64,000 nucleotides of DNA from Adhaeribacter terreus (GTDB lineage Bacteria; Bacteroidota; Bacteroidia; Cytophagales; Hymenobacteraceae). Where the stretch lies: positions 454,034 to 518,033 of the forward strand of contig NZ_JBHSKT010000002.1 of assembly GCF_042657365.1 (NCBI RefSeq). Direction: 5' to 3'. Shown piece after piece: positions 1-11,016 of the stretch; the stretch's first letter is position 1; every line of letters starts with the position of its first letter. The translations under genes were made by a program, and so were the position numbers. Below the pieces are notes generated by a model. That model had not been told where the DNA came from. It worked only from the letters and a program-made list of their open reading frames with translations, and made no database searches.

Positions 1-193
1 ATTTTTTGAAGTAGTAAAGCAAAGTTTTTCTACCCGCCGCAAAACATTAAGAAATTGCCTGAAGACCTATAATTTACCGCCTGAAACAAGCGCTATGCCC
101 GTTTTTGATAAAAGAGCAGAGCAACTTTCGGTGGACGATTTCATAGAATTGACAAAAATTATAGAAAATTTTAAATCCCAAGCAGCGAATTAA
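1..193 (+). CDS. rsmA: 16S rRNA (adenine1518/1519-N6)-dimethyltransferase RsmA/KsgA, C-terminal fragment (5' end outside window)
   Basis: Frame from pos 2 reads ...[14 protein letters not shown]...[18 protein letters not shown], stop TAA at 191-193. The QRRKT(L/I)RN ... RAE.LSV tail is characteristic of KsgA. Confidence 0.6.
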   Translation, partial: FFEVVKQSFSTRRKTLRNCLKTYNLPPETSAMPVFDKRAEQLSVDDFIELTKIIENFKSQAAN

Positions 194-369
194 GCATTTG
201 CCTTGTCATATATCTGAAGGCCGGAAAACGGTAGGGTTTTGGTACCAAAAACTGTAGCGTTTTCCAAATCTTTCATCTACACTATATATAATAGAGTAGA
301 TTCTTAACCAAACAAATTTTCATCTGCCGGAAAAAGCTTTCGAGCCTAACCCGACGCGCTTGCCGAAAC

Positions 370-1323
370 ATGAAACCGAATTGCCTCATTGTCGACCTGA
401 TGCACCCCAGTATAATCGATTTGCTGGAAGAAGCCGGTTTCACTGTTTCATATCGCCCGGAAATTAAACCCGACGAGGTAAAAGCAGCGCTGAAAGGATT
501 CCGGGTGTTGATGGTCCGTAGTAAGCTACACATTACGGAAGAACTTCTTTCGGAAGCCGATGAACTGCAGATCATAGCACGCGCCGGCGCCGGCGTAGAC
601 AACATAGATGAAGCCGCGCTCATTCGGCGCAACATTCAGTTGGTAAATGCACCCGAAGGCAATCGCGACGCGGTAGGGGAGTTTACCGTGGGTTTGTTGC
701 TCGCACTGTTCCGGAACATTGTGAAAGCCGACAAGGAAGTAAGAGAACATATTTGGCACCGTGAGGAGAATCGCGGGGAAGAGATCTTTGGTAAGACAAT
801 CGGTATAATTGGCTACGGCAACATGGGGAAAGCGTTCGCGCGTTGTTTGTTGGGGTTCAACTGCCGGGTAATTGCCAACGATACCTTCAACGATGCAATT
901 TTTGATGAAAATGCGGAGCGGGTTTCCCTCTCCGAAATTTTTGAGCAGGCCGATGTAGTGAGTTTTCATATTCCCTACACGCCCGAAAATTACCATTTTG
1001 CTAACGCTGCATTCTTCAGGAGTTTTAGAAAAAAGGTATGGGTATTAAGCACGGCAAGAGGCGAAATAATGGATTATACGGCATTAGTGGCTGGTTTACA
1101 GGCCGGGCGTTTGAAAGGCGCAGCCTTAGACGTGCTTGAGAATGAAAAACTTGGCACGTTGAACGCCCGGCAACAGGTAAATTTTGAATTCCTGGCCCAG
1201 GCCCCCAACGTAATTCTTACCCCGCATATTGCCGGATGGACGCACCAATCCTATCAGAAAATCAATGAAGTTTTGGTACAAAAGATTAAAGCTATTCATT
1301 ATCAGAAAGATGGCCTACGCTGA
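370..1323 (+). CDS. D-isomer specific 2-hydroxyacid dehydrogenase (phosphoglycerate dehydrogenase-like), NAD-binding
   Basis: 317-aa ORF with ARAGAGVDNID and GIIGYGNMG Rossmann motif, typical of the D-2-hydroxyacid dehydrogenase family. Confidence 0.8.
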   Translation: MKPNCLIVDLMHPSIIDLLEEAGFTVSYRPEIKPDEVKAALKGFRVLMVRSKLHITEELLSEADELQIIARAGAGVDNIDEAALIRRNIQLVNAPEGNRDAVGEFTVGLLLALFRNIVKADKEVREHIWHREENRGEEIFGKTIGIIGYGNMGKAFARCLLGFNCRVIANDTFNDAIFDENAERVSLSEIFEQADVVSFHIPYTPENYHFANAAFFRSFRKKVWVLSTARGEIMDYTALVAGLQAGRLKGAALDVLENEKLGTLNARQQVNFEFLAQAPNVILTPHIAGWTHQSYQKINEVLVQKIKAIHYQKDGLR

Positions 1324-1429
1324 TCAAGAAAAAAAGGTTTAAGATTTTGCTAGTTATTTTTTTAAGATGTACCTTTAATGCTTTGAATTATACCCACTAC
1401 CAATAATTTCATTCTTTTTTTAACCCAGT

Positions 1430-4400
1430 ATGATGCGAAAACTTTTACTACTGTTCGCTTTCTTAGGTTTCACGTATGGGGCGGCACTCGCCCAAACGGG
1501 TAAACTGGCCGGAAAGCTGATTGACAAAACAACCCGCGAGCCGATTCCTTTCGGTAACGTTGTTGTGAAGCTGAATGGTGCGCAGAAAGGCTATGGCCAG
1601 ACTGATATCAACGGTTTTTATTCTATTTCTCCGCTTACGCCGGGTGCTTACACCGTTGAGGTACCAAACGTTGGTTACATTACCAGAGTTATCAGCGGGG
1701 TAGAGGTAACGGTAGATAAAACTACCAGCCTTAACATTGAGCTTTCTCAAAACGTGCAGCAACTGAACGAAGTTGAGATCACTGCTTACGAAGTTCCGAT
1801 TATCGGTCCTGAAAAAGTTGGTCAGACCCTGACCAAAGAGCAGATCATGAAAGTTTCTACCCGCGAAGTAACCACGCTCGTACAAACTGCTTCCAACGTA
1901 GGTTCAACCGATGATGGCAAAGCTGTAAGTATCAAAGGGCAGCGTCCTTCAGGTACTGCTTACTATGTGAATGGTGTAAAGCAGTTAGTAGCACCAAACC
2001 TGCCAACCAGTGCCATTGCCCAGATGACGGTAATTTCTGGAGGTGTGCCTGCTCAATACGGTGACCAGACCGGTGGTGTTGTAAACATTACAACAACTGC
2101 CCCATCCAGCAAATTTATGGGTGGAATTGAAGCTGAAACTTCTGCTCCATTTGACAAATACCATAACAACCTGGTTAACTTTAACCTGACCGGTCCGCTT
2201 ATTCAGAAGAAAAGCGTAGATACTACAGATTTTACAAGCAACCGTACTATCCTGGGGTTCTTCCTGGCAGGTCAGTATCAGGGTTCCCGCGACGATAACC
2301 CATCTGCTCAAGGTGTCTATACATTAAAAGATGATGTTAAAGCCCGCCTGGAAGATAAACCATTAGTAGCCGATCCGCAGGGTGGCTATACTTACACGGC
2401 TCAAACTTTAACGCTGAACGACTTTGAAAAAGGTAAACTGCGTCCGAATGTAAAGAACAACATCATTTCGGTTAACACTTCCCTGGAATTCCAGCCGAAA
2501 GATAATATGATGTTCAGCTTCGGTGGTAATATCAACCACTCACAGCGTGATCTGTATCAATTAGGATATTCTGTTTTCAATTCAGACAACAACCCGGAGC
2601 AACGCCTCGATAACTGGATGGCTTATGCCCGTTTTACGCAGAACTTTAAAGATGCTGTTGGTGACTCTTCTGCTAATCCGCTTAAAAATGCTTATTATCA
2701 GATCCAGGTCGACTACTCTAAATATGACCGCACAATTCAAAACAAGCGTCTGAAAGATAATATCTGGCGTTATGGATACTTGGGTAAATTCGATCAGACT
2801 GTTGAAGCGTTCTATTCACCAGGCACGGTTCGTGTAAAAAGTAATCCGAACGATCCGAACGATACTACTACTACTGTTTACCGCGATGCAATGATTGATC
2901 GTGGCGATATCAGCACTGGTGTAACTTTCTCAAGAGATGAAAACTCTAATCCGATTACTGCGAATTATACCAAGCAGATAATTGATGACCGTTTCGAAGC
3001 GGGTAACGAAATTTCGAACCTGATCGAACTTCAGATCCTGGGTGGTTTGCTGAATGGTCAGAACCCGTTCCCGGTTTATTCTATGTATTCAAACGTTGGT
3101 ACAATGTACTCAACGTATCAATTACTGAACAACGACCAGTTCCGTTTATCGGCTCTGGGTTCTGCTGAGTGGGGTAAACATACTTTTAAACTTGGTTTTG
3201 AATTCGAACAGCGCGTAGAAACGAACTATGGCGTAAATGCAAGCGGCCTGTGGAACTGGAGCCGTGGTTTATTAAGCACCGATATGAACGGTCTTGATAA
3301 AGATAATTACATTGTTTCTACCCGCGACGTTGACGGCATTGAGCAGACCTTCATTGATTTTGCTTATAAGCCAAATGCTACTCAGAGCACTTTCTCTCAA
3401 AATCTGCGCAAGAAATTAGGTCTTGCTGCAAACCAACCTATTAATATAGATGCAGTAAGCCCGGAAGATCTTTCAACAAGCATGTTCTCTGCCGATGAAC
3501 TGATTACGCCAGGTTTAGTAAGCTACCAGGGTTATACTTACGATGGTAAACGTTCTACCAAGAAAGTTGCCTTCAACGATTATTTCTCCGATGTAGCTAA
3601 CCGTCCGCAGGATGCTGTTCGTCCTATTTATACCGCAGCTTTCATCGAAGATAAATTCCAGATCGAAGACCTGACTTTACGTGCAGGTGTTCGTGTTGAC
3701 CGTTTCGATGCAAACCAGAAAGTATTAAAAGACCCTTATACATTAGTTGAAACGCTTAAAGCCGGAAATGTACGTGACCTGCGTTTTGCAGATAACTATG
3801 CTATTCCGTCTAACATCGGCGACGACTATGTAGTTTATGTAAACAAAAACTCTGCTGATTTCCAGCAGAACCAGACATCTGCCTCTAACTTTGGTGTGGT
3901 AGGTTACCGCAAAGGCGATGTATTTTATGATGTGAACGGAACCCCAACCGATAACCTAGCAGAAATTCAGAAGAATGGTACTTTCCCACTGTTCGATCCT
4001 GCATTGCAAGGTACAGTAGGCTCTGAATATTTACCAGACCGTCGTTTATCAGTTAGAGCATTTAAAGATTATGAGCCGCAGTTCGTTATTATGCCGCGTA
4101 TCTCATTCTCTTTCCCGATCTCGGAAGATGCTCTTTTCTTTGCCCATTACGACATTACTTCCCAGCGTCCGGAACGTAACGGTACCCTGCCAAGCGATTA
4201 TTACTTCCTGCTTGGTTCAATTAACGCCCGGAACGAAATTAACAACCCGGATCTGAAACCACAGAAGAAAATTGACTACGAAGTTGGTTTTGAGCAGCGT
4301 TTAACCCGCTCTTCCGGCTTAACAATTTCAGCTTTCTACTCTGAGAACCGCGATCAGATCTCTTTCCGGAAATACACCGGTGCTTTCCCGCAGGATTATA

Positions 4401-5146
4401 TTACTTTCAGCAACCTCGATTTTGGTGTTGTGAAAGGTATGACACTGGAGTATGACCTGAGAAGAACCAAAAATGTTTCGATGAATGCCAGCTATACCCT
4501 GCAGTTTGCAAAAGGTACAGGTTCAAGCGCAACATCAGGTTACAACCTGGTAAGCCAGGGCCAGCCAAACCTGCGTACGCCGATTCCATTAGATTTCGAT
4601 CAGCGTCATAACTTTAAAGTGAACTTCGACTTCCGTTTCAGAGATAACGAAGGCCCGGTATTGTTCGACAACAAAATCTTCCAGAATGCCGGTATCAACT
4701 TTAACCTGAATGCTGCATCAGGAACTCCATATTCGCGTCAGGCCAATATCACCAACTTTATCAACGCCATTGGTCGTCCGGTACTGGAAGGTAGCCTGAA
4801 CGGATCTAACCTGCCTGCTAACTTCCGGGTAGGTCTGCGTCTGGATAAAGACTTTAATATTAAAGGAAGCGAAGACGGAAAATCTTTTGTAAAATCTCTG
4901 AACGTTTATTTCCGGGTGCAGAACCTGTTTAACACTATGAATGTGTTGAATGTGTACCGTTACACTGGTTCTGCATCTGATGATGGTTATCTGGATACAT
5001 ACCGCGAGAAATTTGGTAGCGAAGCAAATCAGTCTCTGATGGATCTTTACACGATTCGCTTACTGAATGGTGATAATAATACAAGTAACCCATCTAACTA
5101 TTCATTACCACGCCGTGCCCAGATCGGCTGTGTGATTTCATTCTAA
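1430..5146 (+). CDS. TonB-dependent-receptor-like outer membrane beta-barrel with N-terminal carboxypeptidase-regulatory-like domain and plug
   Basis: 1238-aa ORF with a signal peptide and a CarbopepD_reg-like N-terminus (DINGFYSISPLTPGAYTVEV). It has a plug-like region and a long beta-rich body ending in a C-terminal Phe. Confidence 0.65.
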   Translation: MMRKLLLLFAFLGFTYGAALAQTGKLAGKLIDKTTREPIPFGNVVVKLNGAQKGYGQTDINGFYSISPLTPGAYTVEVPNVGYITRVISGVEVTVDKTTSLNIELSQNVQQLNEVEITAYEVPIIGPEKVGQTLTKEQIMKVSTREVTTLVQTASNVGSTDDGKAVSIKGQRPSGTAYYVNGVKQLVAPNLPTSAIAQMTVISGGVPAQYGDQTGGVVNITTTAPSSKFMGGIEAETSAPFDKYHNNLVNFNLTGPLIQKKSVDTTDFTSNRTILGFFLAGQYQGSRDDNPSAQGVYTLKDDVKARLEDKPLVADPQGGYTYTAQTLTLNDFEKGKLRPNVKNNIISVNTSLEFQPKDNMMFSFGGNINHSQRDLYQLGYSVFNSDNNPEQRLDNWMAYARFTQNFKDAVGDSSANPLKNAYYQIQVDYSKYDRTIQNKRLKDNIWRYGYLGKFDQTVEAFYSPGTVRVKSNPNDPNDTTTTVYRDAMIDRGDISTGVTFSRDENSNPITANYTKQIIDDRFEAGNEISNLIELQILGGLLNGQNPFPVYSMYSNVGTMYSTYQLLNNDQFRLSALGSAEWGKHTFKLGFEFEQRVETNYGVNASGLWNWSRGLLSTDMNGLDKDNYIVSTRDVDGIEQTFIDFAYKPNATQSTFSQNLRKKLGLAANQPINIDAVSPEDLSTSMFSADELITPGLVSYQGYTYDGKRSTKKVAFNDYFSDVANRPQDAVRPIYTAAFIEDKFQIEDLTLRAGVRVDRFDANQKVLKDPYTLVETLKAGNVRDLRFADNYAIPSNIGDDYVVYVNKNSADFQQNQTSASNFGVVGYRKGDVFYDVNGTPTDNLAEIQKNGTFPLFDPALQGTVGSEYLPDRRLSVRAFKDYEPQFVIMPRISFSFPISEDALFFAHYDITSQRPERNGTLPSDYYFLLGSINARNEINNPDLKPQKKIDYEVGFEQRLTRSSGLTISAFYSENRDQISFRKYTGAFPQDYITFSNLDFGVVKGMTLEYDLRRTKNVSMNASYTLQFAKGTGSSATSGYNLVSQGQPNLRTPIPLDFDQRHNFKVNFDFRFRDNEGPVLFDNKIFQNAGINFNLNAASGTPYSRQANITNFINAIGRPVLEGSLNGSNLPANFRVGLRLDKDFNIKGSEDGKSFVKSLNVYFRVQNLFNTMNVLNVYRYTGSASDDGYLDTYREKFGSEANQSLMDLYTIRLLNGDNNTSNPSNYSLPRRAQIGCVISF

Positions 5147-5172
5147 TACTGTAATTTTTATATCTGAGATAT

Positions 5173-8100
5173 ATGCGTAATAAACAACTATCTGGAATGC
5201 TGCTGGCACTAGGCCTAAGCTGCGCGCTGAATGTTTCGGCGCGTGAGCGGGTTGATGTTCCGGCAAATGCCGGAGGCCAGAAAAACGGCGGAAGAAATAA
5301 TAAAATTGCGGCGGCCTGCCTTACCAGCTCGTCAACTTCCTCGCTGGATATAAATAACGTTCGCGCCATGGTTCTGAATGGTGGCGATATGTGGTGGAAC
5401 CTTTCAGATCCGCGATATGAAGTACCTAAAGTAGATGATCCGAACTTACCGAAGAGACACTCTCTTTTTGCCGGTGCTGTATGGATCGGGGGTAGAGATG
5501 CTCAGAATAACCTTTATCTGGCAGCTCAGACGTACCGCCAGGGTGCTCCTGCAGATGCGGGATACTGGCCGGGTCCACTGGATAATACCGGTAATATTGA
5601 CCAGGCAGATTGCGCTACCTGGAATTATCATGCTAAAATTGATAAAGCCGTAGTAGATAAATTCCGCGAGGATTTTGGCAAGGGATTATATAATGACAGA
5701 AATCCGGACCTGTTGCCAAAAGCGATCAGAGACTGGCCTGCAAAGAAGAATCCGCATATTACTAATACGGATATGAATCATGAGCTGGCTCCGTTTGTTG
5801 ATAAAGGCGGTCCGGCTGATGAATATAATCCTTTGGATGGTGACTATCCTGATTTCCGGGGTGACCAGGGTATCTGGTGGGTAATGAACGATGCGGGTAA
5901 CGTAAAAGAGCCGCTATCGAGCACTATTGGTTTGGAGTTACAGGTTTTGGCGTTTGCTTTCCAGACGAACAACCTGATCAACAATATGACCTTCTATAAG
6001 CAGAAGCTGATCAATAAAGGCCCTAACACCCTGGAAAATACTTACCTTGGCCAGTGGGTTGACCCGGATCTTGGTTTCTATAACGACGATTTTGTAGGCT
6101 GTGATGTTGGCCGTGGTTTAGGTATCTGCTATAACGGCGATAACGATGACGAAGGTGCAAACGGTTACGGCCTGAATCCACCTGCTATTGGTGTTGACTT
6201 CTTCCAGGGACCAACCGCGGATCCAGGCGATGGTATTGATAACGACCGTGATGGCACAATTGATGAGCCTAACGAGAAGATCATCATGTCGAGCTTTATC
6301 TATTACAACAACGACAGCAACCCGACAAACGGTAACCCAAGCAGAGCTTCTGACTTTTACAATTATCTGCAGGCGATCTGGAGAGATGGTAAACAAATTA
6401 CTTTTGGCGGCGATGGTACAAACCAATCTGCCAAGCCATATAAGTTTATGTTCTCTGACGATACCGACCCTAAAGGATACGGCTTCAGCAACCCTCCAGG
6501 AAGCGAGCAACCTGCATTTAACTGGTCTGAAACTAAAACGCAGGCTTCCGGCCAAAGCTCTAATACCCCTGCTGACCGTCGTTTCCTGCAATCTGCCGGA
6601 CCGTTTACTTTGGATCAAGGAGCAGTTAACGAACTTACCATTGGTGTTGTTTGGGCGCGTGCTAATTCAGGTGGTGCCAAAGGCTCTTTAGGTCTCCTGA
6701 AAAATGCTGATGACATTGCACAAAGCCTTTTCGATAACGACTTTAAATTACCACAAGGCCCGAATGCTCCTGAACTTGCCATTTCAGAGTTAGATCAGCA
6801 GTTAGTGCTTACCCTGATTCCGCAGAAGTTCCTTACTTCTAACGACGATCAGGTTACAACGGAAACTTATTTTGAGAAGAACCAGACCTTAGAAGCAAAC
6901 GGCGCTAAAGATCCTTTCTATCGTTTTGAAGGTTATAAAGTTTACCAGCTAAAAGATCCTACTGTAACTTCTTCTGAACTGAATAACCCTGACCGTGCCC
7001 GTTTAGTAGCCCAGGCTGACCTGAAAAACGGCGTTACTGAAATCGTTAACCGTGAGTTTGATGCTGACATTAACGACTTTAAGAGTGTACTAAAGGTACG
7101 TGGTGCAGATAACGGTTTATTCCACACCATCAACGTAACTACAGACCAGTTCGCTACCGGTAACGACAGAATCGTGAACTTCAAGTCTTACCATTTCATG
7201 GTTGTTGCTTATGCTTACAATGGTGACTCTGTTAACGTAAATGATAAATATCTGGAAGGACGCGTTACGAGCTCTGGTACCGGTATTCCTCACAAGCCAC
7301 AGGTTGAAAATGGTGGTACTTTGTTAACCGCTGCTTATGGTACTGCTGCTGGTATTACCCGTATTTTTGGTGTAGGTAATGGCGGTAATGTACTTGAAAT
7401 TATGCCTGAAGATGAGCAGGACATTGTACGGAACAACAGCAAGCAGAGAATAACTTACCAGGGTGGTCATGCGCCATTCACGGTTAAAGTTTACGATCCT
7501 AAGAAAGTTGTAGGCGGTGACTTTACCGTTAAAATGTCGAGCAGACTGGTATACGCTAAATCTTCTGCATCAGGCAAACTGAACCTGAACGATACAATTC
7601 TGGCAACCGGTAACTTTACCCGTCCGGATGCTTATGACGCTACTAATTTCCCGAATACATTATCTTATCCACAGGTTCCGGGCCGCGCTATTGTGCGGAG
7701 AATTGTAAGTGTAGAACCTCTTTTAGGTGGTACAACTGCTGGCGATTCCCTGGTTACGCTGGATATTGAAATGCTGAATGACCACCTGAACGGACGATTT
7801 ACAGTGCAGATCGATGAGAACAAACTTACCGGTACAGCGCCAAATCAGACTGTGGTATTCTTCGGTTATAAAACTGAGACCAGACCATTCCGCTCTTTGA
7901 ATTCTAATTTTACTGCTGTTGCATCTGAATATGTACAGAATGACTTATGGAAAATTACGAAACCAGGCGGGGAAACGCTTTTCGCTGACAAGCCGGTGAG
8001 TATTTTCAATGAGCAACTGGTACCTGAATTCGGTATTGCACTTGAATTTAAGCATGCAACTGACCCAGGTTACCTTGTTAATGCAAATTCACTGAATGGA

Positions 8101-9360
8101 TTCCAGGGAGCTTCTTTAACGTTTGCTTCTGCTCCAAGATGGCTGGAAGGCGTTTCGAATGGTAGCACGGCAGAGAACCCGACTTTCCAGCCTTGGTTAG
8201 TAGCTAAAAAGACTACTACAGTTCCTTCAGAAGTTGATGGTATTGATCCGAACTATGTGTATATGAACGTGTTGAATGGAACCTGGGCACCATATGGCGT
8301 TACTGCTATTCTTCCTGGTCCTGCATATAACGCGGCAAGTGCAACTAACCGGAAAATCTCTGATCTTCAGAATGTGGATGTTGTATTTACAAGCGATAAA
8401 TCTAAATGGACGCGGGTAGTTGTGTTGCAAGGTAATTCCGGTGCAAGCTCTGCATTTGAACTGACCAAGAGAGGTAGCACAGCTCAGTCTGTAGACGTGA
8501 ATGGTAATCCGGATGCTAATGCTCCAAGCCCGACCGGTATGGGTTGGTTCCCTGGTTATGCGATTGACCTGGACCGTGGTGTTCGTCTGAACATGATGTT
8601 CTCGGAATTTGCTACGCAGGATGGTAAAGGCAGTGACCTGATCTGGGATCCTACTTCAGATATTGATGGCGGCAGAAACTTTATTTACGTTATGACAACC
8701 CGTTATGATGAAGGTGCACAGCTTGCCAGAGATTTCGACCAGATCATTGCACGTTACCCTAACCAGGCTGCGCAATTCCAGTCGGCTACGCAGAGCGCTA
8801 TTTTTACCAATGCAATGTGGGTTGGCTATCCGCGCTTAGCGAAGGGTGCTACTAAACTGGCCAGCGATGCCCGCGTTAAGCTTCGTGTGAATCGTTACTT
8901 TACATCTTATACAACTGATGAGCAGTATAATGTAACCAGCGATAATAAACCGACTACCTATAAACGTAACTTTAACCCTGAATATAACTTCTCTACCAAT
9001 AGCCTGGTGCCACAAGTGGAACAAACCAGCATTGCGAAAAGTGGTCTTGACCTGATCCGTGTAGTACCTAACCCTTACTATGCTTACTCACAATACGAGC
9101 AGCGCCAGCTGGACAATATTGTGAAGATCACCAACCTGCCGCGCAAATGTAAGATCACGATCTATACAGTAAACGGTACTCTGGTTAGAAGTTACAACAA
9201 AGATGATTCTAAGACTTTCTTAGACTGGAACCTGAAAAATGATAACAACTTACCGATCGCTTCGGGTGTGTATATCATTCATGTGGATGCTGGCAACATT
9301 GGCAGCAAAGTGGTGAAATGGTTCGGTATAATGAGACCGATAGATCTAGAGTCGTTTTAA
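5173..9360 (+). CDS. Large secreted protein with type IX secretion C-terminal sorting domain (CTD); possible PorU-like given downstream PorV-like gene
   Basis: 1395-aa ORF with a signal peptide. C-terminus VVPNPYYAY...KITIYTVNGTLV...GVYIIHVDAG...KVVKWFGIM matches the T9SS CTD pattern. A DNDRDGTIDEPNE Ca-binding-like motif is present. Confidence 0.65.
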   Translation: MRNKQLSGMLLALGLSCALNVSARERVDVPANAGGQKNGGRNNKIAAACLTSSSTSSLDINNVRAMVLNGGDMWWNLSDPRYEVPKVDDPNLPKRHSLFAGAVWIGGRDAQNNLYLAAQTYRQGAPADAGYWPGPLDNTGNIDQADCATWNYHAKIDKAVVDKFREDFGKGLYNDRNPDLLPKAIRDWPAKKNPHITNTDMNHELAPFVDKGGPADEYNPLDGDYPDFRGDQGIWWVMNDAGNVKEPLSSTIGLELQVLAFAFQTNNLINNMTFYKQKLINKGPNTLENTYLGQWVDPDLGFYNDDFVGCDVGRGLGICYNGDNDDEGANGYGLNPPAIGVDFFQGPTADPGDGIDNDRDGTIDEPNEKIIMSSFIYYNNDSNPTNGNPSRASDFYNYLQAIWRDGKQITFGGDGTNQSAKPYKFMFSDDTDPKGYGFSNPPGSEQPAFNWSETKTQASGQSSNTPADRRFLQSAGPFTLDQGAVNELTIGVVWARANSGGAKGSLGLLKNADDIAQSLFDNDFKLPQGPNAPELAISELDQQLVLTLIPQKFLTSNDDQVTTETYFEKNQTLEANGAKDPFYRFEGYKVYQLKDPTVTSSELNNPDRARLVAQADLKNGVTEIVNREFDADINDFKSVLKVRGADNGLFHTINVTTDQFATGNDRIVNFKSYHFMVVAYAYNGDSVNVNDKYLEGRVTSSGTGIPHKPQVENGGTLLTAAYGTAAGITRIFGVGNGGNVLEIMPEDEQDIVRNNSKQRITYQGGHAPFTVKVYDPKKVVGGDFTVKMSSRLVYAKSSASGKLNLNDTILATGNFTRPDAYDATNFPNTLSYPQVPGRAIVRRIVSVEPLLGGTTAGDSLVTLDIEMLNDHLNGRFTVQIDENKLTGTAPNQTVVFFGYKTETRPFRSLNSNFTAVASEYVQNDLWKITKPGGETLFADKPVSIFNEQLVPEFGIALEFKHATDPGYLVNANSLNGFQGASLTFASAPRWLEGVSNGSTAENPTFQPWLVAKKTTTVPSEVDGIDPNYVYMNVLNGTWAPYGVTAILPGPAYNAASATNRKISDLQNVDVVFTSDKSKWTRVVVLQGNSGASSAFELTKRGSTAQSVDVNGNPDANAPSPTGMGWFPGYAIDLDRGVRLNMMFSEFATQDGKGSDLIWDPTSDIDGGRNFIYVMTTRYDEGAQLARDFDQIIARYPNQAAQFQSATQSAIFTNAMWVGYPRLAKGATKLASDARVKLRVNRYFTSYTTDEQYNVTSDNKPTTYKRNFNPEYNFSTNSLVPQVEQTSIAKSGLDLIRVVPNPYYAYSQYEQRQLDNIVKITNLPRKCKITIYTVNGTLVRSYNKDDSKTFLDWNLKNDNNLPIASGVYIIHVDAGNIGSKVVKWFGIMRPIDLESF

Positions 9361-9379
9361 TTAATTGCGGAGAATAGAA

Positions 9380-10435
9380 ATGAAAAAATCAGTTATATGT
9401 ATGGTTTTTGCATCATTACTGGCGGGCACAGCGCTCGCCGGTAATGACCAAAAAAGAGGCCAGGTAGGTGCTACGGAATTGCAGATCAATCCGTGGGCCC
9501 GCAGCTCGGGTATGGCCAGCTCCAATACTGCCCGCATTCGGGGAGTAGAGTCTATGAACCAGAATATTGGTGGCTTATCCAGCATTGAAGGTACCGAAAT
9601 AATGTTTACCAGCACTAAATGGTTAACCGGCACCGATATTAATATCAATGCTTTGGGTATTGGTCAGCAGCTTGGTGAAAATGGCGGCGTTTTAGGTCTT
9701 TCTTTAATGTCGATGGACATGGGGAACTTTAAGCAGACTACCGAAAATGCTCCTGACCAGGATATTAATTTCAATGTTTCGGTTATTAACCTGGGCTTAG
9801 GTTATTCTAAAAAGTTTTCCAACAGCATTCAGGGTGGTATCACGGTTCGGGTAATTAACGAATCTATTCCGGATGCAAGTGCTACTGGTATTGCTTTTGA
9901 TGGTGGGGTGCAATATGTAACTTCACTTGGTAAAGGCGAATTGGCTAAAGATAACCTGCACATTGGTGTAAGCTTACGTAACGTTGGCCCGGAAATGACT
10001 TTCTCAGGCGACGGCCTTGCTTACCGTGGTATTGTTCAGAATGGTACAGTTGTTCAGGCTTTGGAACAGCGTTCTTCTTCTTTCGAACTTCCAGCTTTGC
10101 TGAACATTGGCTTAGCGTATGATTTCAACATGAATGAAGAAAGCCGCCTTACACTAGCCGGTAACTTTGTATCGAACACAGCCAGTAACGACCAGTTCCA
10201 GGTTGGTGCAGAATATGCGTTTACCGAGAAGTTTATGGTGCGTGCCGGTTTCGATTACCAGAAAGGTATTTTCGGCGACAGCCGTAATTTTGCGCACAAT
10301 GGCCCGACTGCCGGTGCTACTGTAGAGTTGCCTTTTGGTGCTGATTTAGACAAGAAATTTGCTTTGGATTATTCTTACCGTTCATCTAACCCATGGAGCG
10401 GAACACACAGTGTAGGAATAAAAGTAGGCTTATAG
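9380..10435 (+). CDS. PorV/PorQ-family (FadL-like) T9SS outer membrane beta-barrel protein
   Basis: Signal peptide MKKSVICMVFASLLAGTALA. INPWARSSGMASSNTA and LRNVGPEMTF resemble the PorV N-terminal and mid motifs. It lies 4 nt after the CTD protein. Confidence 0.5.
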   Translation: MKKSVICMVFASLLAGTALAGNDQKRGQVGATELQINPWARSSGMASSNTARIRGVESMNQNIGGLSSIEGTEIMFTSTKWLTGTDININALGIGQQLGENGGVLGLSLMSMDMGNFKQTTENAPDQDINFNVSVINLGLGYSKKFSNSIQGGITVRVINESIPDASATGIAFDGGVQYVTSLGKGELAKDNLHIGVSLRNVGPEMTFSGDGLAYRGIVQNGTVVQALEQRSSSFELPALLNIGLAYDFNMNEESRLTLAGNFVSNTASNDQFQVGAEYAFTEKFMVRAGFDYQKGIFGDSRNFAHNGPTAGATVELPFGADLDKKFALDYSYRSSNPWSGTHSVGIKVGL

Positions 10436-10461
10436 TTTAAAAATTTTACTACCTTTACAAA

Positions 10462-10499
10462 AGAACGGTTAGCGCAGGCATAACCGTTCTTTTGTTTTT
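10462..10499 (+). terminator. Rho-independent terminator after PorV-like gene
   Basis: Stem AGAACGGTT / AACCGTTCT with an 11-nt loop, followed by TTTTGTTTTT. Confidence 0.5.
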
Positions 10500-10524
10500 A
10501 AACCCGATTAAAAAAGATAAAGTA

Positions 10525-10998
10525 ATGGCAAACGTTTCTTATTACACCCCGGAAGGACTGCAGAAACTAAAAGATGAACTGGCGGAACTGAAAGTAAAAG
10601 GCCGGTCTGACATAGCGAAGCAACTTGCTGAAGCTCGTGATAAAGGTGATTTAAGTGAAAATGCCGAATACGATGCTGCTAAAGATGCGCAGGGCCACCT
10701 GGAACTTAAGATTGCAAAACTGGAAGAAGTGATCGGTAATGCCCGGTTGATAGATGATTCGAACCTGGACCTGAGCAAAGCTCTGATCCTCTCTAAAGTA
10801 AAGATCAAGAACCTGAACAATAATATGGTGCTGGATTATACTTTGGTTTCGGAAGAGGAAGCGAACCTGGCAACCGGCCGTATTTCGGTGAAATCGCCGA
10901 TCGGGAAAGGCTTGCTGGGAAAAGAAGTAGGGGATGTGGCGGAAATAACGGTTCCGGCGGGTAAGCTTCGTTTTGAGATCCTGGAAATTTCGCGTTAA
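10525..10998 (+). CDS. greA: Transcription elongation factor GreA
   Basis: MANVSYYTPEGLQKLKDELAELK...GDLSENAEYDAAKDAQ is a GreA hallmark. The start is placed at the ATG after the upstream terminator. Confidence 0.85.
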   Translation: MANVSYYTPEGLQKLKDELAELKVKGRSDIAKQLAEARDKGDLSENAEYDAAKDAQGHLELKIAKLEEVIGNARLIDDSNLDLSKALILSKVKIKNLNNNMVLDYTLVSEEEANLATGRISVKSPIGKGLLGKEVGDVAEITVPAGKLRFEILEISR

Positions 10999-11016
10999 TA
11001 CTTTTTATATTAGTTT

